From NCBI RefSeq assembly GCF_001642725.1, contig NZ_LSUQ01000001.1:1-64000 (forward strand): DNA of 64,000 bases. The letters are read 5' to 3'. Below, piece by piece: positions 53,650 to 64,000 of this stretch. The notes beneath the pieces are model-generated. The model saw only the letters and a list, made by a program, of their open reading frames with translations, made no database searches and was not told the origin of the DNA. This DNA is from Ferroacidibacillus organovorans. Its GTDB lineage: Bacteria; Bacillota; Bacilli; Alicyclobacillales; SLC66. Every line of letters begins with the position of its first letter. Position 1 is the first letter of the stretch. The position numbers and the translations under genes were made by a program.

Positions 53650-53982
53650 GTGATGGATCTGAACAAGGTTGTTGCACATCTTGACCCGATGTGCGGTAAC
53701 CTCGTCTTTTTACATATGGAAGTGAATCCCGGAGCATACATCCGAAATGCGGCTGTAAAACTGGAACGCTATCACGTGCGGGGGGATGGCGTTTATCGTG
53801 TGTATTTGGAGTTTGCCGACCGTCAGGGCATACTGCACATGGATGACGTGACGGAGGCGCGCGTGGAGGAAGGTCGCGTTCTTTTTGTGGGGTATGACGA
53901 GAGGGAGCGGCTCGCGCGCACACTTGTCATCAGCTTGCAACCGCTCTCTATGGGACAAAACGGCGAGAGGGAGGGCGCGTGA
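53650..53982 (+). CDS. YojF-family protein (DUF1806)
   Basis: HME...GAYIRN...GDGVYRV; directly upstream of bshB2 as in Bacillus; start codon uncertain. Confidence 0.75.
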   Translation: MMDLNKVVAHLDPMCGNLVFLHMEVNPGAYIRNAAVKLERYHVRGDGVYRVYLEFADRQGILHMDDVTEARVEEGRVLFVGYDERERLARTLVISLQPLSMGQNGEREGA

Positions 53983-53983
53983 C

Positions 53984-54670
53984 GTGAACCGTGAAAAGGT
54001 CATCGCAGTATTTGCTCACCCGGATGATGAGACATTTATCTGTGGCGGGATTCTCGCGCGCTATGCAGCCCTTGGCGCGGATGTCACGCTCGTTTGTGCG
54101 ACGCTTGGCGAGATGGGGCGGCGCATGGGCGTACCGCCCATCGGTGATCGCGAGTCGATCGGGGCAATTCGTCAGCGTGAACTGGAAGAAGCGGCGCGTG
54201 CACTTAACCTGTCGCGTGTAAAACTACTTGGTTATCGCGACAAGACGCTTGAGATCATCCCGCGCACGGAACTCGTCTCAAGGCTTGATGCGATTTTTGA
54301 AGAGATAGAGCCGACGGTCGTCCTCACGTTTCACCCGGAACGCGGCGGGCATAATGATCACTGTGCGATTGGGGAAGCGGCGACAGAAGCGGCAGAGCGC
54401 TGGTTTCAAAAGAACGCTTCACTTGCACTCTATTACATCACATTTGCAAATGGCGAGAAGCGCCAGGAAACGTTTCGCGCCATGCAGTTAAATCATGAAG
54501 CGCACGACGTCAGTGCTTACCTGCAGCAAAAACTGGAAGCGTTTCGCGCACATCGGACACAATCTGGTCTTCATCGCGCACTGTGGGGTTCAGCAAAACA
54601 GGCGAAACAATCCCTGTCTGCAACGGAATTTGTGTGGCGGGTGTCGTTTTCGCCACACTCGAAAGTGTGA
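53984..54670 (+). CDS. bshB2: PIG-L family deacetylase, bacillithiol biosynthesis BshB2 (YojG)
   Basis: AHPDDE, TLGEMGRRMG, GYRDKTLE, HNDH, AHRTQ. Confidence 0.85.
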   Translation: MNREKVIAVFAHPDDETFICGGILARYAALGADVTLVCATLGEMGRRMGVPPIGDRESIGAIRQRELEEAARALNLSRVKLLGYRDKTLEIIPRTELVSRLDAIFEEIEPTVVLTFHPERGGHNDHCAIGEAATEAAERWFQKNASLALYYITFANGEKRQETFRAMQLNHEAHDVSAYLQQKLEAFRAHRTQSGLHRALWGSAKQAKQSLSATEFVWRVSFSPHSKV

Positions 54671-55133
54671 ACGGAGTTTCATTCGCGCGCTGATCGGATT
54701 TGCTTTTTGCAGTGCCCTTCTTTGCAAAAACGACCGTGCGCAACAGGAAGAAGGTGACGCTTGACGCGACGAGCATGGCGAATCCTTTGCCAATGTTCGT
54801 GGCGAAAAGCGGTTTAAAGCCCATCTGAAGCGCAATCGAAGTCATTTGGTTTAAAACCAGATCGTTTAACGCGATATTGATAAGCGCCTGCAAAATGAAC
54901 AGTACGCGTTGGCGCACGTGACCAGTGGCTTCGCGGCGAAAGGTGATACGCGTGTTAAAGAGGTAACTGTTTGCGATCGCCGCGATCACGCTAAGCGTGT
55001 TGTCAAGCGTGAGCGTCCATCCGCTCGCGTGTGGAGATAACAGCAAGAGCCCGTTGAGAACTGCGATATCGACAAAGACGCTAGAAACGCCTACCAGGAG
55101 AAAATTTGCGTACTGGTTTGTCACTCGACGCAT
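54510..55133 (-). CDS. GtrA-family membrane protein
   Basis: FLLVGVSSVFVD, ANSYLFNTRITFR, four TM segments. Confidence 0.8.
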   Translation of the reverse strand: MRRVTNQYANFLLVGVSSVFVDIAVLNGLLLLSPHASGWTLTLDNTLSVIAAIANSYLFNTRITFRREATGHVRQRVLFILQALINIALNDLVLNQMTSIALQMGFKPLFATNIGKGFAMLVASSVTFFLLRTVVFAKKGTAKSKSDQRANETPFTLSSVAKTTPATQIPLQTGIVSPVLLNPTVRDEDQIVSDVRETLPVFAAGKH

Positions 55134-56287
55134 ACAGGCTCACCCCCCATGCGACGCTCTGGTCGCGCCCGTTTCCATTTGGCGAGCCGGATGGCCGCGT
55201 CATACGTACGAATCAATTCATCCGTTGCATGATCCCAGTTCCAGCGTTGTGCCCGCAAAACGCCAAACGCTGTCATCTCGGTGAGACGATCTACGTCCTG
55301 TGAAAGCGCGCGCACCTGCGCGATAAAAGTGGATGGATCGGCACCGTCAAACCACGTCCCGTTTCGCTCTCCTTTGAGCAGTTCAAGTGTTGGTTCGCTC
55401 TTTACCGCAAGCACCGGTAGACCGCTTGCCATCGCCTCCATCACGACGAGCCCAAGCGTCTCTGTGACCGACGGAAAGACGAACAGATCCGCGCTGGCAT
55501 ACGCTTCTGCAAGATCGCGGCCGTAAAGCGGACCCGCGAACGTCACATTCGCTGACGCGTAATCGACGGTGAGTTCGGCGCGCGCCGGTCCGTCTCCAAC
55601 GAGAATCAAATGCGCCTCCGGCAAGAGTTTCATCGGCTCAAGGATTGTGCGCAAATCTTTTTCGTGAGCAATTCGTCCGACATAAAGCAGCGTAAATCGG
55701 TCATCTCGCAAAGACCATGCACGCTTTTTTTCCGGTGTGTCCTGTGGCTGAAACGCCGCGTGGTCAAGACCGCGCGGCCAGTACCGCATCCGGCGAAAGC
55801 CATGTTCACGGAGTTCGCGCACCATCGCATGCGACGTCGCGAGTGAGACGTCCGCGAGGTTGTGCAGATTGCGCAAATAAAACCAACTGACCGGCCCGAG
55901 AAACGGCACATTGTAGCGTTTGGCATAGACAGCAAGGTGTGTGTGATAGGACGCGACGAGCGGGATGTGACAGCGCTTGGCGATCAGCACCGCACCCATG
56001 CCGAGCACGATCGGACCTGCCGCGTGAATCACGTCAGGCTTTGCGTCGAGCAACGGTTTGACGAGCGCCGGAAGTGGCCAGGCAAAGCGTTTTTCAGGGT
56101 AAAAGGGGTAGGGGAAACCGGGCAAACTCGTGACTTCTACTCCGGAGAACGAGGACACACTTCCGGCCGGAGCAAACACGCGCACTTCATGCCCTTTTTG
56201 GGTGAGGTTGCGAATGGTGTGCGTGAGACGCGTTACGATTCCGTCTGTAGCCGGAAGAAACGTTTCTGTCACGAGTGCGATTCTCAT
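55121..56287 (-). CDS. sqdX: GT4 glycosyltransferase, probable sulfoquinovosyltransferase
   Basis: ETFLP..DGIVTRL, SYHTH, YVGRIAHEK, ETLGLVVMEAMASG; adjacent to sqdB. Confidence 0.8.
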   Translation of the reverse strand: MRIALVTETFLPATDGIVTRLTHTIRNLTQKGHEVRVFAPAGSVSSFSGVEVTSLPGFPYPFYPEKRFAWPLPALVKPLLDAKPDVIHAAGPIVLGMGAVLIAKRCHIPLVASYHTHLAVYAKRYNVPFLGPVSWFYLRNLHNLADVSLATSHAMVRELREHGFRRMRYWPRGLDHAAFQPQDTPEKKRAWSLRDDRFTLLYVGRIAHEKDLRTILEPMKLLPEAHLILVGDGPARAELTVDYASANVTFAGPLYGRDLAEAYASADLFVFPSVTETLGLVVMEAMASGLPVLAVKSEPTLELLKGERNGTWFDGADPSTFIAQVRALSQDVDRLTEMTAFGVLRAQRWNWDHATDELIRTYDAAIRLAKWKRARPERRMGGEPVCVE

Positions 56288-56343
56288 CGGGATGCCCTCC
56301 TCAAAACGTTGCGACACCCGCCCGTTTGCGATTCAATCTCGCG

Positions 56344-57507
<1,164 letters not shown>

Positions 57508-57738
57508 TTAAAATAACGGATTAGGATTAAAAAACGCTTAAGATTTCGTGCATCCAGTGTACTATTGTACTTCAAACTTGGGATCGGATGCGAACCTTGT
57601 TTTGTGAATGAAGACGAATTCATGCTGGTCGCATAGAATCTGGTTTGCATTAAGGCTATAATGACGTAGTGCCTTTTCAATTATGGACATGACGTAGGTC
57701 TCTCAGCAGGACAAGTGGCATGTCGTTTGGAGGAAGAT

Positions 57739-59130
57739 ATGGGCGTTACGATGGATCAATTGGTTTCTCTTGCAAAGCGTCGAGGATTTATTTTCCCGGG
57801 TTCTGATATTTATGGCGGACTTGCCAACACATGGGACTATGGGCCACTCGGCTCTCTCTTAAAAGGAAATATAAAGCGCGCATGGCAATACTACTTTATT
57901 CAGCAAAATTCGTATAACGTCTTGATTGACGCGGCCATTCTGATGAATCGCCAAGTGTGGGTTGCGTCGGGGCATGTGGGGAATTTTAACGATCCGATGA
58001 TCGACTGCCGCGCGTGCAAAGCGAGGCATCGCGCAGACAAGCTGATTGAAGACGAACTGGCAAAGCGCGGCGAGGATCGCTTGGTTGACGGGCTGCCCTT
58101 TGCGGAGATGGAGCGGTTGCTTCAGGCGTATGATATTCGCTGCAAGGATTGCGGCGCAAAAGATTTCACGCCGATTCGCCAGTTCAACATGATGTTCAAA
58201 ACGCATCAAGGCGTTACGGACGACTCGAGCAGTGAGATTTATTTGCGGCCGGAGACTGCACAAGGCATCTTTGTGAACATGAAGCATGTACAGCGCACCA
58301 TGCGCAAAAAACTGCCATTTGGCATCGGTCAGATCGGAAAGAGCTTTCGCAATGAGATCACGCCCGGAAACTTTACGTTTCGGACGCGCGAGTTTGAACA
58401 GATGGAACTGGAATTTTTTTGTGAACCGGGAACGGATGAACCGTGGTTTGCGCACTGGCGTACCTTCTGCTACCAATTTGTGGAGGCTCTAGGTGTTTCT
58501 AAAGAGAATATCCGCTTTCGCGACCATCAAAAAGAGCAACTGTCCCACTACAGCAAAGCGACGACTGACGTTGAGTATCAGTACCCGTTTGGTTGGGGTG
58601 AACTCCTAGGCGTGGCGAATCGCACCGACTACGACCTCCGCCAGCATGAGACGTATTCGCACGAAGACTTCACGGTGCGCGAAGAGGGAAAAGAGCCTTT
58701 CATACCGTACTGCATTGAGCCATCGATCGGTGCAGACCGTTTAACGCTTGCTGTCTTGCTTGACGCATATGAAGAGCAAACGCTTGAAGACGGGGATGTG
58801 CGCACCGTTCTTCATTTTCACCCAGCGCTTGCGCCGTTTCAGGCGGCCGTCTTTCCACTCTCAAAGAAACTTTGCGATCAGGGGCAAGCGGTTTTTGACA
58901 AACTTTCTGCCGAATTTATGGTGGATTATGACGATTCAGGCTCTATTGGGAAACGCTATCGCCGTCACGATGAGATCGGGACACCGTATTGTGTCACCGT
59001 TGACTTTCAGACGGAAGAAGATGGGTGTGTCACCATTCGCGATCGCGACACCATGACGCAGGAACGGGTTTCGATTGCCGAACTCTCGTCGTGGCTGCGT
59101 GCAAAAATCGCCTTCACTCCTTTGCGCTGA
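57739..59130 (+). CDS. glyQS: Glycine-tRNA ligase, homodimeric alpha2 type
   Basis: [45 protein letters not shown]. Confidence 0.96.
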   Translation: MGVTMDQLVSLAKRRGFIFPGSDIYGGLANTWDYGPLGSLLKGNIKRAWQYYFIQQNSYNVLIDAAILMNRQVWVASGHVGNFNDPMIDCRACKARHRADKLIEDELAKRGEDRLVDGLPFAEMERLLQAYDIRCKDCGAKDFTPIRQFNMMFKTHQGVTDDSSSEIYLRPETAQGIFVNMKHVQRTMRKKLPFGIGQIGKSFRNEITPGNFTFRTREFEQMELEFFCEPGTDEPWFAHWRTFCYQFVEALGVSKENIRFRDHQKEQLSHYSKATTDVEYQYPFGWGELLGVANRTDYDLRQHETYSHEDFTVREEGKEPFIPYCIEPSIGADRLTLAVLLDAYEEQTLEDGDVRTVLHFHPALAPFQAAVFPLSKKLCDQGQAVFDKLSAEFMVDYDDSGSIGKRYRRHDEIGTPYCVTVDFQTEEDGCVTIRDRDTMTQERVSIAELSSWLRAKIAFTPLR

Positions 59131-59232
59131 AATGGGGCTCACAGGCAGGCTTGGAACTGGCTTGTATGAGGACACACATTGTGGGTGGGGCGTTTGGCAA
59201 CCTCCGCTTCACCCGAGTAGGAGGGAAATACC

Positions 59233-59736
59233 GTGCTTCTTGATGCGTATATTGCGCTGCTTATCGCGTCAGCGATTGGCGCCATACTCTTTGTGGGCTA
59301 TACGTTTCGCGTAAAGATTGTCTACCCGATTCGCATCGTGCAACTGCATGTCCTGACTACGATCATCGCGATGGTTCTCTTCACCATGGCAACGTGGGAT
59401 AAGGTGACACTCAGTGGATATTTTGCGCACGCAACGTTTGGACTCTGGTTTCTTATCATTTCTTATCTTATTGGGTTGCTTACACTCGTTCTCGGGTTTG
59501 CGTTTTATTGGCAGTTTGACGCAAAGCTGCGCGTACTACGCTTGCGATTTATTGCGATTCATCTCACACTTGCCGGGATCAGTTTTATATTTTTTACGTC
59601 GGCCGTCATCCTCTATCAATTTCCAGTTCACTACGAATCGAATCAAGTCATCGGCTCGCGCAGCGGTGCGTGGTACATCCTTCACCGCAATGAAATCTTG
59701 CGGCAGAAGTACGATCTAACGCATCAAAAGACGTAG
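59233..59736 (+). CDS. Hypothetical 4-TM membrane protein
   Basis: AGGAGGG SD; four hydrophobic segments, two containing His. Confidence 0.7.
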   Translation: MLLDAYIALLIASAIGAILFVGYTFRVKIVYPIRIVQLHVLTTIIAMVLFTMATWDKVTLSGYFAHATFGLWFLIISYLIGLLTLVLGFAFYWQFDAKLRVLRLRFIAIHLTLAGISFIFFTSAVILYQFPVHYESNQVIGSRSGAWYILHRNEILRQKYDLTHQKT

Positions 59737-59817
59737 TGGGCGACAGGGATGAGGTGCACTCATCCCTGCCAATGCTCGCGTGTCAATCGTTGCTCTGATC
59801 AAGCGCGTTCCACTCGA

Positions 59818-60021
59818 TCAAAGTTCGTCATAAAGCGCCTCTTTAAAATCGTTCAGACTTTGCTCGCGATGCGCATTGCGCGTCTCAAGATCCGCGCGAA
59901 CGTTGCTTGAGAGTGGTTGCGTAGCCAGTACTTCTTCCGTGCGCTTGTGATTTTCTTCCGTATTGTGAATGTGATCGCGTATTTCTTCAACGGCTTGATT
60001 GCGTTCTCGATTGGTAGGCAT
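59818..60021 (-). CDS. tlp: Small spore protein Tlp
   Basis: N.AVEEIRDHIHNTEEN...RNAHREQSLNDFKEAL.DE pattern; GAGGGG SD. Confidence 0.75.
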   Translation of the reverse strand: MPTNRERNQAVEEIRDHIHNTEENHKRTEEVLATQPLSSNVRADLETRNAHREQSLNDFKEALYDEL

Positions 60022-60109
60022 AAAAAGACCCCTCTCATCCGTACCATGATGGTTGCACCGTTAACATGCGTCATGGCATTCGGAGTTATCCACGCGAAAG
60101 AACGGAGGG

Positions 60110-61582
60110 GTGAAGATGTGGTATGTTCGTGAGTCCTTCACAAAACTCGTCTATCCGTTTCTTTTGACATCGTCCGAAGAGAGCGGGTTTCTGGAAATTT
60201 GTGACGCGATCAATCGCACGGCGGCGGAGACAGAGTCTCCGTTTTGGCGTGAGGTCGCGATTCGCGATGATGAGCTTGACAACGTCATCCCTTACGTGAA
60301 GCGATACGTAAAGAGGCCAGAGAATCAGCGGCGCTTTTCGGTTCGTGAAGCGTGGATGACATCACTTCAGGCGATGCGCACGTCGCGCATGAAAGAGGAT
60401 GATCCAGCGTTTCGCTTTCGCGCGATTGATCTGCATGTCTTTTTTAATGGTGTCGGTTTTCTCGTCTTTGAGATTGAACCGGTCTACGATGACGCTTTAC
60501 TGACCATCGAGTGGGTGCAAAACGTCAACGCAGATCTCGCCTCGCTCACGCGCGGACGGCCGCTTTTGCGCGTGAGCACGCCGCACAGTGAGCGTGAAAG
60601 TTCCCACGACGATCCGTACGCTGGATCAATCTATGTTCCGCGCACGTTTACGATGCGCACCCTCGTAAGCCGACTGCTCGATCCTCTGATGAGCGCGTGC
60701 AGGAGTGTAAAAATTGATCCGATGGTTGACACGTTCCTATTAGCGTATGGTGCGGTGCAACTGACGCTTGAGGATGATGTGCCAGATCCTGACGCGGCGT
60801 TTCAGAGTTTTGCCGCACAGCATCTGACCGTTTTGCGAAAAACGCTGTCCGCTCAAAACAGCAACCACTTTTCTCAGCAGATTTTTGGCGACCCTGAGCA
60901 TAATTACATGCCTTACCACAACGTGATTCACACGCAGTCCCTCGAAGGTGGATTTGTCATTGCATACGACAACGGCGCGAGCCATTTTCAGGGGCGACCG
61001 TCGGCGGCGATGGCATCCTTTCGCAAGCATTATTTCTTAATGATGCTCCTTGCGCTCCATCAGCGGATGAGTATTTTACGCTATGCGACAGGTGCCGCAG
61101 ACGCGGCGCTTTTATCGGAGCGCGCGCAAAAGTTGCGCGCCTTGCGCGAACAGATCTACGATTTTACATCACGCTGCTACTTTTCTCAGGCATCCATCAG
61201 TGAAGAGCGCGACCAACTCTATCGACGCTGGCAACGGGCGTTTAACATCTCTCAGATGTACGACGAGTTAATTGAGGAAATTCACGATATTGACGACTAC
61301 CTCGCGGGGGTTGAACGGGAGCGGGAACTCGCCACAAAAGCACAAGAACTGCGCCAAGATGCACAGCGAACCAAGCTCGTCACGTATGTCAGTTTTATTC
61401 TTCTTCCTGTTTCTATCCTCGTCAATCTCATTCAGGCAATTCCCGTGATTCAGACATGGTGGATGCACGGATTTCTGTCTTTTCGCATGGGTGCGTTCTT
61501 TGCGCTCACGTTCGTTGTGTTTATTTTTATTATCATTCTGATCATCTCTCGTTTTGCGCGAAATCATCAAGAAAGAAGGTGA
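60110..61582 (+). CDS. Hypothetical protein with a CorA-like helical bundle and two C-terminal TM helices
   Basis: YFLMMLLALHQR, LREQIYDF...YFSQ, LYRRWQ...EL..EI; two TM segments; no GMN motif. Confidence 0.65.
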   Translation: MKMWYVRESFTKLVYPFLLTSSEESGFLEICDAINRTAAETESPFWREVAIRDDELDNVIPYVKRYVKRPENQRRFSVREAWMTSLQAMRTSRMKEDDPAFRFRAIDLHVFFNGVGFLVFEIEPVYDDALLTIEWVQNVNADLASLTRGRPLLRVSTPHSERESSHDDPYAGSIYVPRTFTMRTLVSRLLDPLMSACRSVKIDPMVDTFLLAYGAVQLTLEDDVPDPDAAFQSFAAQHLTVLRKTLSAQNSNHFSQQIFGDPEHNYMPYHNVIHTQSLEGGFVIAYDNGASHFQGRPSAAMASFRKHYFLMMLLALHQRMSILRYATGAADAALLSERAQKLRALREQIYDFTSRCYFSQASISEERDQLYRRWQRAFNISQMYDELIEEIHDIDDYLAGVERERELATKAQELRQDAQRTKLVTYVSFILLPVSILVNLIQAIPVIQTWWMHGFLSFRMGAFFALTFVVFIFIIILIISRFARNHQERR

Positions 61583-61586
61583 CGGC

Positions 61587-62531
61587 GTGGCAGTTCATGA
61601 ACAACCGCCTCCCTCGATGAAACGTACCGTCTTTGCGGTAGCGATAACACTGCTCTTCTGGTCATCCGCATTCGCCGGAATTCGCATCGGCCTTGAAGGT
61701 GGATACGGCGCAGGCGGGCTTGTGCTTCTGAGATTTCTGTCTGCCTCCCTCGTCTTTTTGGTTTACGCGATCGTGCGACGTGTGGCCATTCCTTCAAAAA
61801 GGGACATGGTAAGGCTCGCGCTGCTCGGAATCTCGGGCATTACGATCTATCACATTGCGCTCACCTTTGGTGAAGAGTGGGTCAGTGCCGGGACGGCCAG
61901 TCTGATTATCGCGGCTGCACCCATTTTTACGGCGCTCGTCTCGCTCGTGGCGCTGCGCGAACGTCTGAATGCGCTCGGGTGGGGAGGGCTCGCGCTTGGG
62001 TTTCTCGGAGTCGCGATCATCACGCTAGGTCCCCAGTCGTCTTCTCACTACCTGCGCGGCACGCTGCTTATCCTTGTCTCTGCAGTGTCTACCGCGTTCT
62101 ACTTTGTCTATCAACAACCGCTTCTCATGCGATATGGCGCGATCGACGTGACCGCGTATGTTACGTGGTTTGGCACTGTGCCGATGCTCTGGTTTACAAA
62201 AAGTTTATTTTTGCAAATGCCACACGCCAGTCTCACGGCGACGATCGCGGTGATTTATATTGGTGTATTCCCGGCCGCGATCGCGTATGTCGCGTGGGCG
62301 GTGGCGCTCTCTTTAGGGCGTGCGTCTGGCGTGTCTTCGGCGCTCTACTTAAACCCCATTCTCGCCATGATCGTCGCGTGGTTTCTGTTGCGTGAGGTTC
62401 CAAAGTGGCAGGCTGTGCTCGGTGGCGCAGTGGCAATTCTCGGCGTGATTGTCGTCAATCGCTCGAATACGCTTTCGCGCAAACGAAAGACGGCAATCGC
62501 GACGGAAGAAGGGAGAAATTCGACTACTTAA
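61587..62531 (+). CDS. DMT/EamA family transporter
   Basis: LFWSSAF, LLRF, AGTASLII, two 5-TM repeats. Confidence 0.9.
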   Translation: MAVHEQPPPSMKRTVFAVAITLLFWSSAFAGIRIGLEGGYGAGGLVLLRFLSASLVFLVYAIVRRVAIPSKRDMVRLALLGISGITIYHIALTFGEEWVSAGTASLIIAAAPIFTALVSLVALRERLNALGWGGLALGFLGVAIITLGPQSSSHYLRGTLLILVSAVSTAFYFVYQQPLLMRYGAIDVTAYVTWFGTVPMLWFTKSLFLQMPHASLTATIAVIYIGVFPAAIAYVAWAVALSLGRASGVSSALYLNPILAMIVAWFLLREVPKWQAVLGGAVAILGVIVVNRSNTLSRKRKTAIATEEGRNSTT

Positions 62532-62547
62532 TTTGTCTTGAGTGGGA

Positions 62548-62576
62548 TTGTCACCGCGCGGCGTGTAGGGTATACT
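62548..62576 (+). promoter_or_regulatory. Sigma-A promoter of the T-box/cimA leader
   Basis: TTGTCA-N17-TATACT. Confidence 0.8.
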
Positions 62577-62599
62577 TGCCATAATTCATGAGAGTGTTG

Positions 62600-62836
62600 G
62601 CGATGATGGGAACGAGTAGTCTGGAAGAGCGAACAGAGAGCGGGACGCAAGGGTGCGAGTCCTGAACGAACTCACCAGATGAAGATCCTCCTTGAGCTGT
62701 TGCGTGAACCTTTTTGCAGTAGCGCGACCGGAACCCTACCGTTAAAAAGGGGGGATGTGATCAAAGAAACGGATCACCCGGTGGTAGAGCGAAGAAGTCT
62801 TTCGTCCGGTATGGATGAAGGGCTATTTGTGTTTTT
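62600..62836 (+). ncRNA. T-box riboswitch, probable Ile (ATC) specifier, with antiterminator and terminator
   Basis: GA motif, AGTA/GAA specifier loop with ATC at 62685-62687, AGAGA and GGTGCGA, CCGTTA; antiterminator CCGG-TGGTAGA-GCGAAG..TTTCGT-CCGG; terminator GTCTTTCGTCC/GGATGAAGGGC plus T-rich tail. Confidence 0.88.
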
Positions 62837-62895
62837 AAAAGAGATAAGAACTTCGGTTCAAAAGAGAGAAATAAGGGAGAAGGAGTGGGGACGAC

Positions 62896-64000
62896 ATGAA
62901 CCGTGTGTACGTCTATGACACAACGCTGCGCGACGGCGCTCAGACAGAAGGCGTGAGTTTTTCCGTTGCCGACAAGCTTGATGTGGTTACGCGCCTCGAT
63001 CAGTTAGGCGTCGATTACATCGAGGGTGGATGGCCTGGATCAAACGCCAAGGATCTCGAATTCTTTTATCGCTTAAAATCACTTCCGCTTCGACACAGCC
63101 GAGTCGTCGCGTTTACGAGCACGCGCCGCAAGGGGCAAAAGATTGAGCAGGATGAACCGATGAAGATGGTGTTGGGGACGGATCTAGCGCACTGCGCAGT
63201 CGTAGGGAAAACGTGGGATTTCCACGTTGAGAAGGCGCTGCAAACGGATCTTTTAGAGAATCTGGCGATGATTCGTGATACGGTGAGATTTCTGAAGGAT
63301 CGAGATATTGAAGTTTTATTTGACGCGGAACACTTTTTTGACGGTTACAGTAACAACTCGGTCTACGCATTGGAGGCGCTTTATACGGCAAAAAACGCCG
63401 GGGCGGACTGGCTGATCTTATGCGATACAAATGGCGGAGCGCTGCCGAGCGCAATTGCGCGCGCGGTGGCTGATGTTCGGGCAAATGGGTTGGGACCTGT
63501 GGGAATTCACGCGCACAATGACGGGGGGCTGGCGATTGCAAACACCCTCTTTGCCGTCGATGCTGGCGCTACGCAGGTTCAGGTGACGGTGAATGGACTC
63601 GGTGAACGCTGTGGGAATGCCGATATGTGCTCCGTGGTGCCGAATCTTGTTCACAAAATGAAGCACGTCTGCACCATGGGAGAGCAGGGATTGCGTGATC
63701 TGAAATCCATCTCAGAACATCTTTACACGTTGACGGGAATCAAGCCGCAAGCGCATCAACCGTATGTTGGCCGAAGCGCGTTCGCGCATAAAGCGGGCAT
63801 CCACGTGAGTGCGGTGATGCGCGATCCAAAACTCTACGAACATCTCGCGCCTGATGCAGTTGGGAATGAGCGACGCGTTCTCGTGTCTGAGCTGTCTGGC
63901 GCGAGCAATATCGCCTTTTACCTGGAGAGCAGAGGGGTTCAGGCAACGCCTGCACAAATTCAGGAGATTCTGGGCCAGGTGAAATTGGCAGAGCAGAAAG
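62896..64000 (+). CDS. cimA: Citramalate synthase (3'-truncated by the window)
   Basis: YDTTLRDGAQTEG, YIEGGWPGSN, FDAEHFFDG, LCDTNGG, HAHNDG, AFAHKAGIH; AAGGAG SD; absent from the ORF track because it runs off the window. Confidence 0.88.
   Translation, partial: MNRVYVYDTTLRDGAQTEGVSFSVADKLDVVTRLDQLGVDYIEGGWPGSNAKDLEFFYRLKSLPLRHSRVVAFTSTRRKGQKIEQDEPMKMVLGTDLAHCAVVGKTWDFHVEKALQTDLLENLAMIRDTVRFLKDRDIEVLFDAEHFFDGYSNNSVYALEALYTAKNAGADWLILCDTNGGALPSAIARAVADVRANGLGPVGIHAHNDGGLAIANTLFAVDAGATQVQVTVNGLGERCGNADMCSVVPNLVHKMKHVCTMGEQGLRDLKSISEHLYTLTGIKPQAHQPYVGRSAFAHKAGIHVSAVMRDPKLYEHLAPDAVGNERRVLVSELSGASNIAFYLESRGVQATPAQIQEILGQVKLAEQK

Overview
A 64-kb, gene-dense chromosomal window from a spore-forming, probably acidophilic Bacillota member. 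An Alicyclobacillaceae-like origin is inferred from gene content and from charge-poor secreted proteins; it is not proven. Housekeeping blocks: a DynA-like dynamin 3' half interrupted by an in-frame TGA; thrR-hom-thrC-thrB-proC; ilvE-ilvBHC-leuAB behind a ykkC-type (probable ppGpp) riboswitch; an XPB helicase pair; sufT/sufCDSUB-Rieske-Rrf2 with an IscR-type operator; an appDFABC-type peptide ABC transporter; fadR-etfBA; pepF; yojF-bshB2; sqdB-sqdX-gtrA; glyQS; tlp; and cimA behind an Ile T-box with a non-canonical bulge. The most notable region is 24.4-34.5 kb, where two operons converge. One encodes an HMA_2-fused P2-type ATPase, two small unknown proteins, a Ca/H exchanger, DedA and TerC. 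The other encodes Ppx, two thymidylate-kinase-fold paralogs (a candidate heteromeric polyphosphate kinase) and a stand-alone HD protein. Upstream of ppx lie a palindromic 18-bp tandem array and a divergent HTH-like gene. Together these form a candidate calcium/polyphosphate storage system. Also found: a candidate ~105-nt sRNA, a 38-aa membrane microprotein missing from the ORF track, and an orphan CorA-like 2TM protein. No rRNA, tRNA, IS element or CRISPR array was recognised. All family calls come from motif recognition by eye, not database searches.
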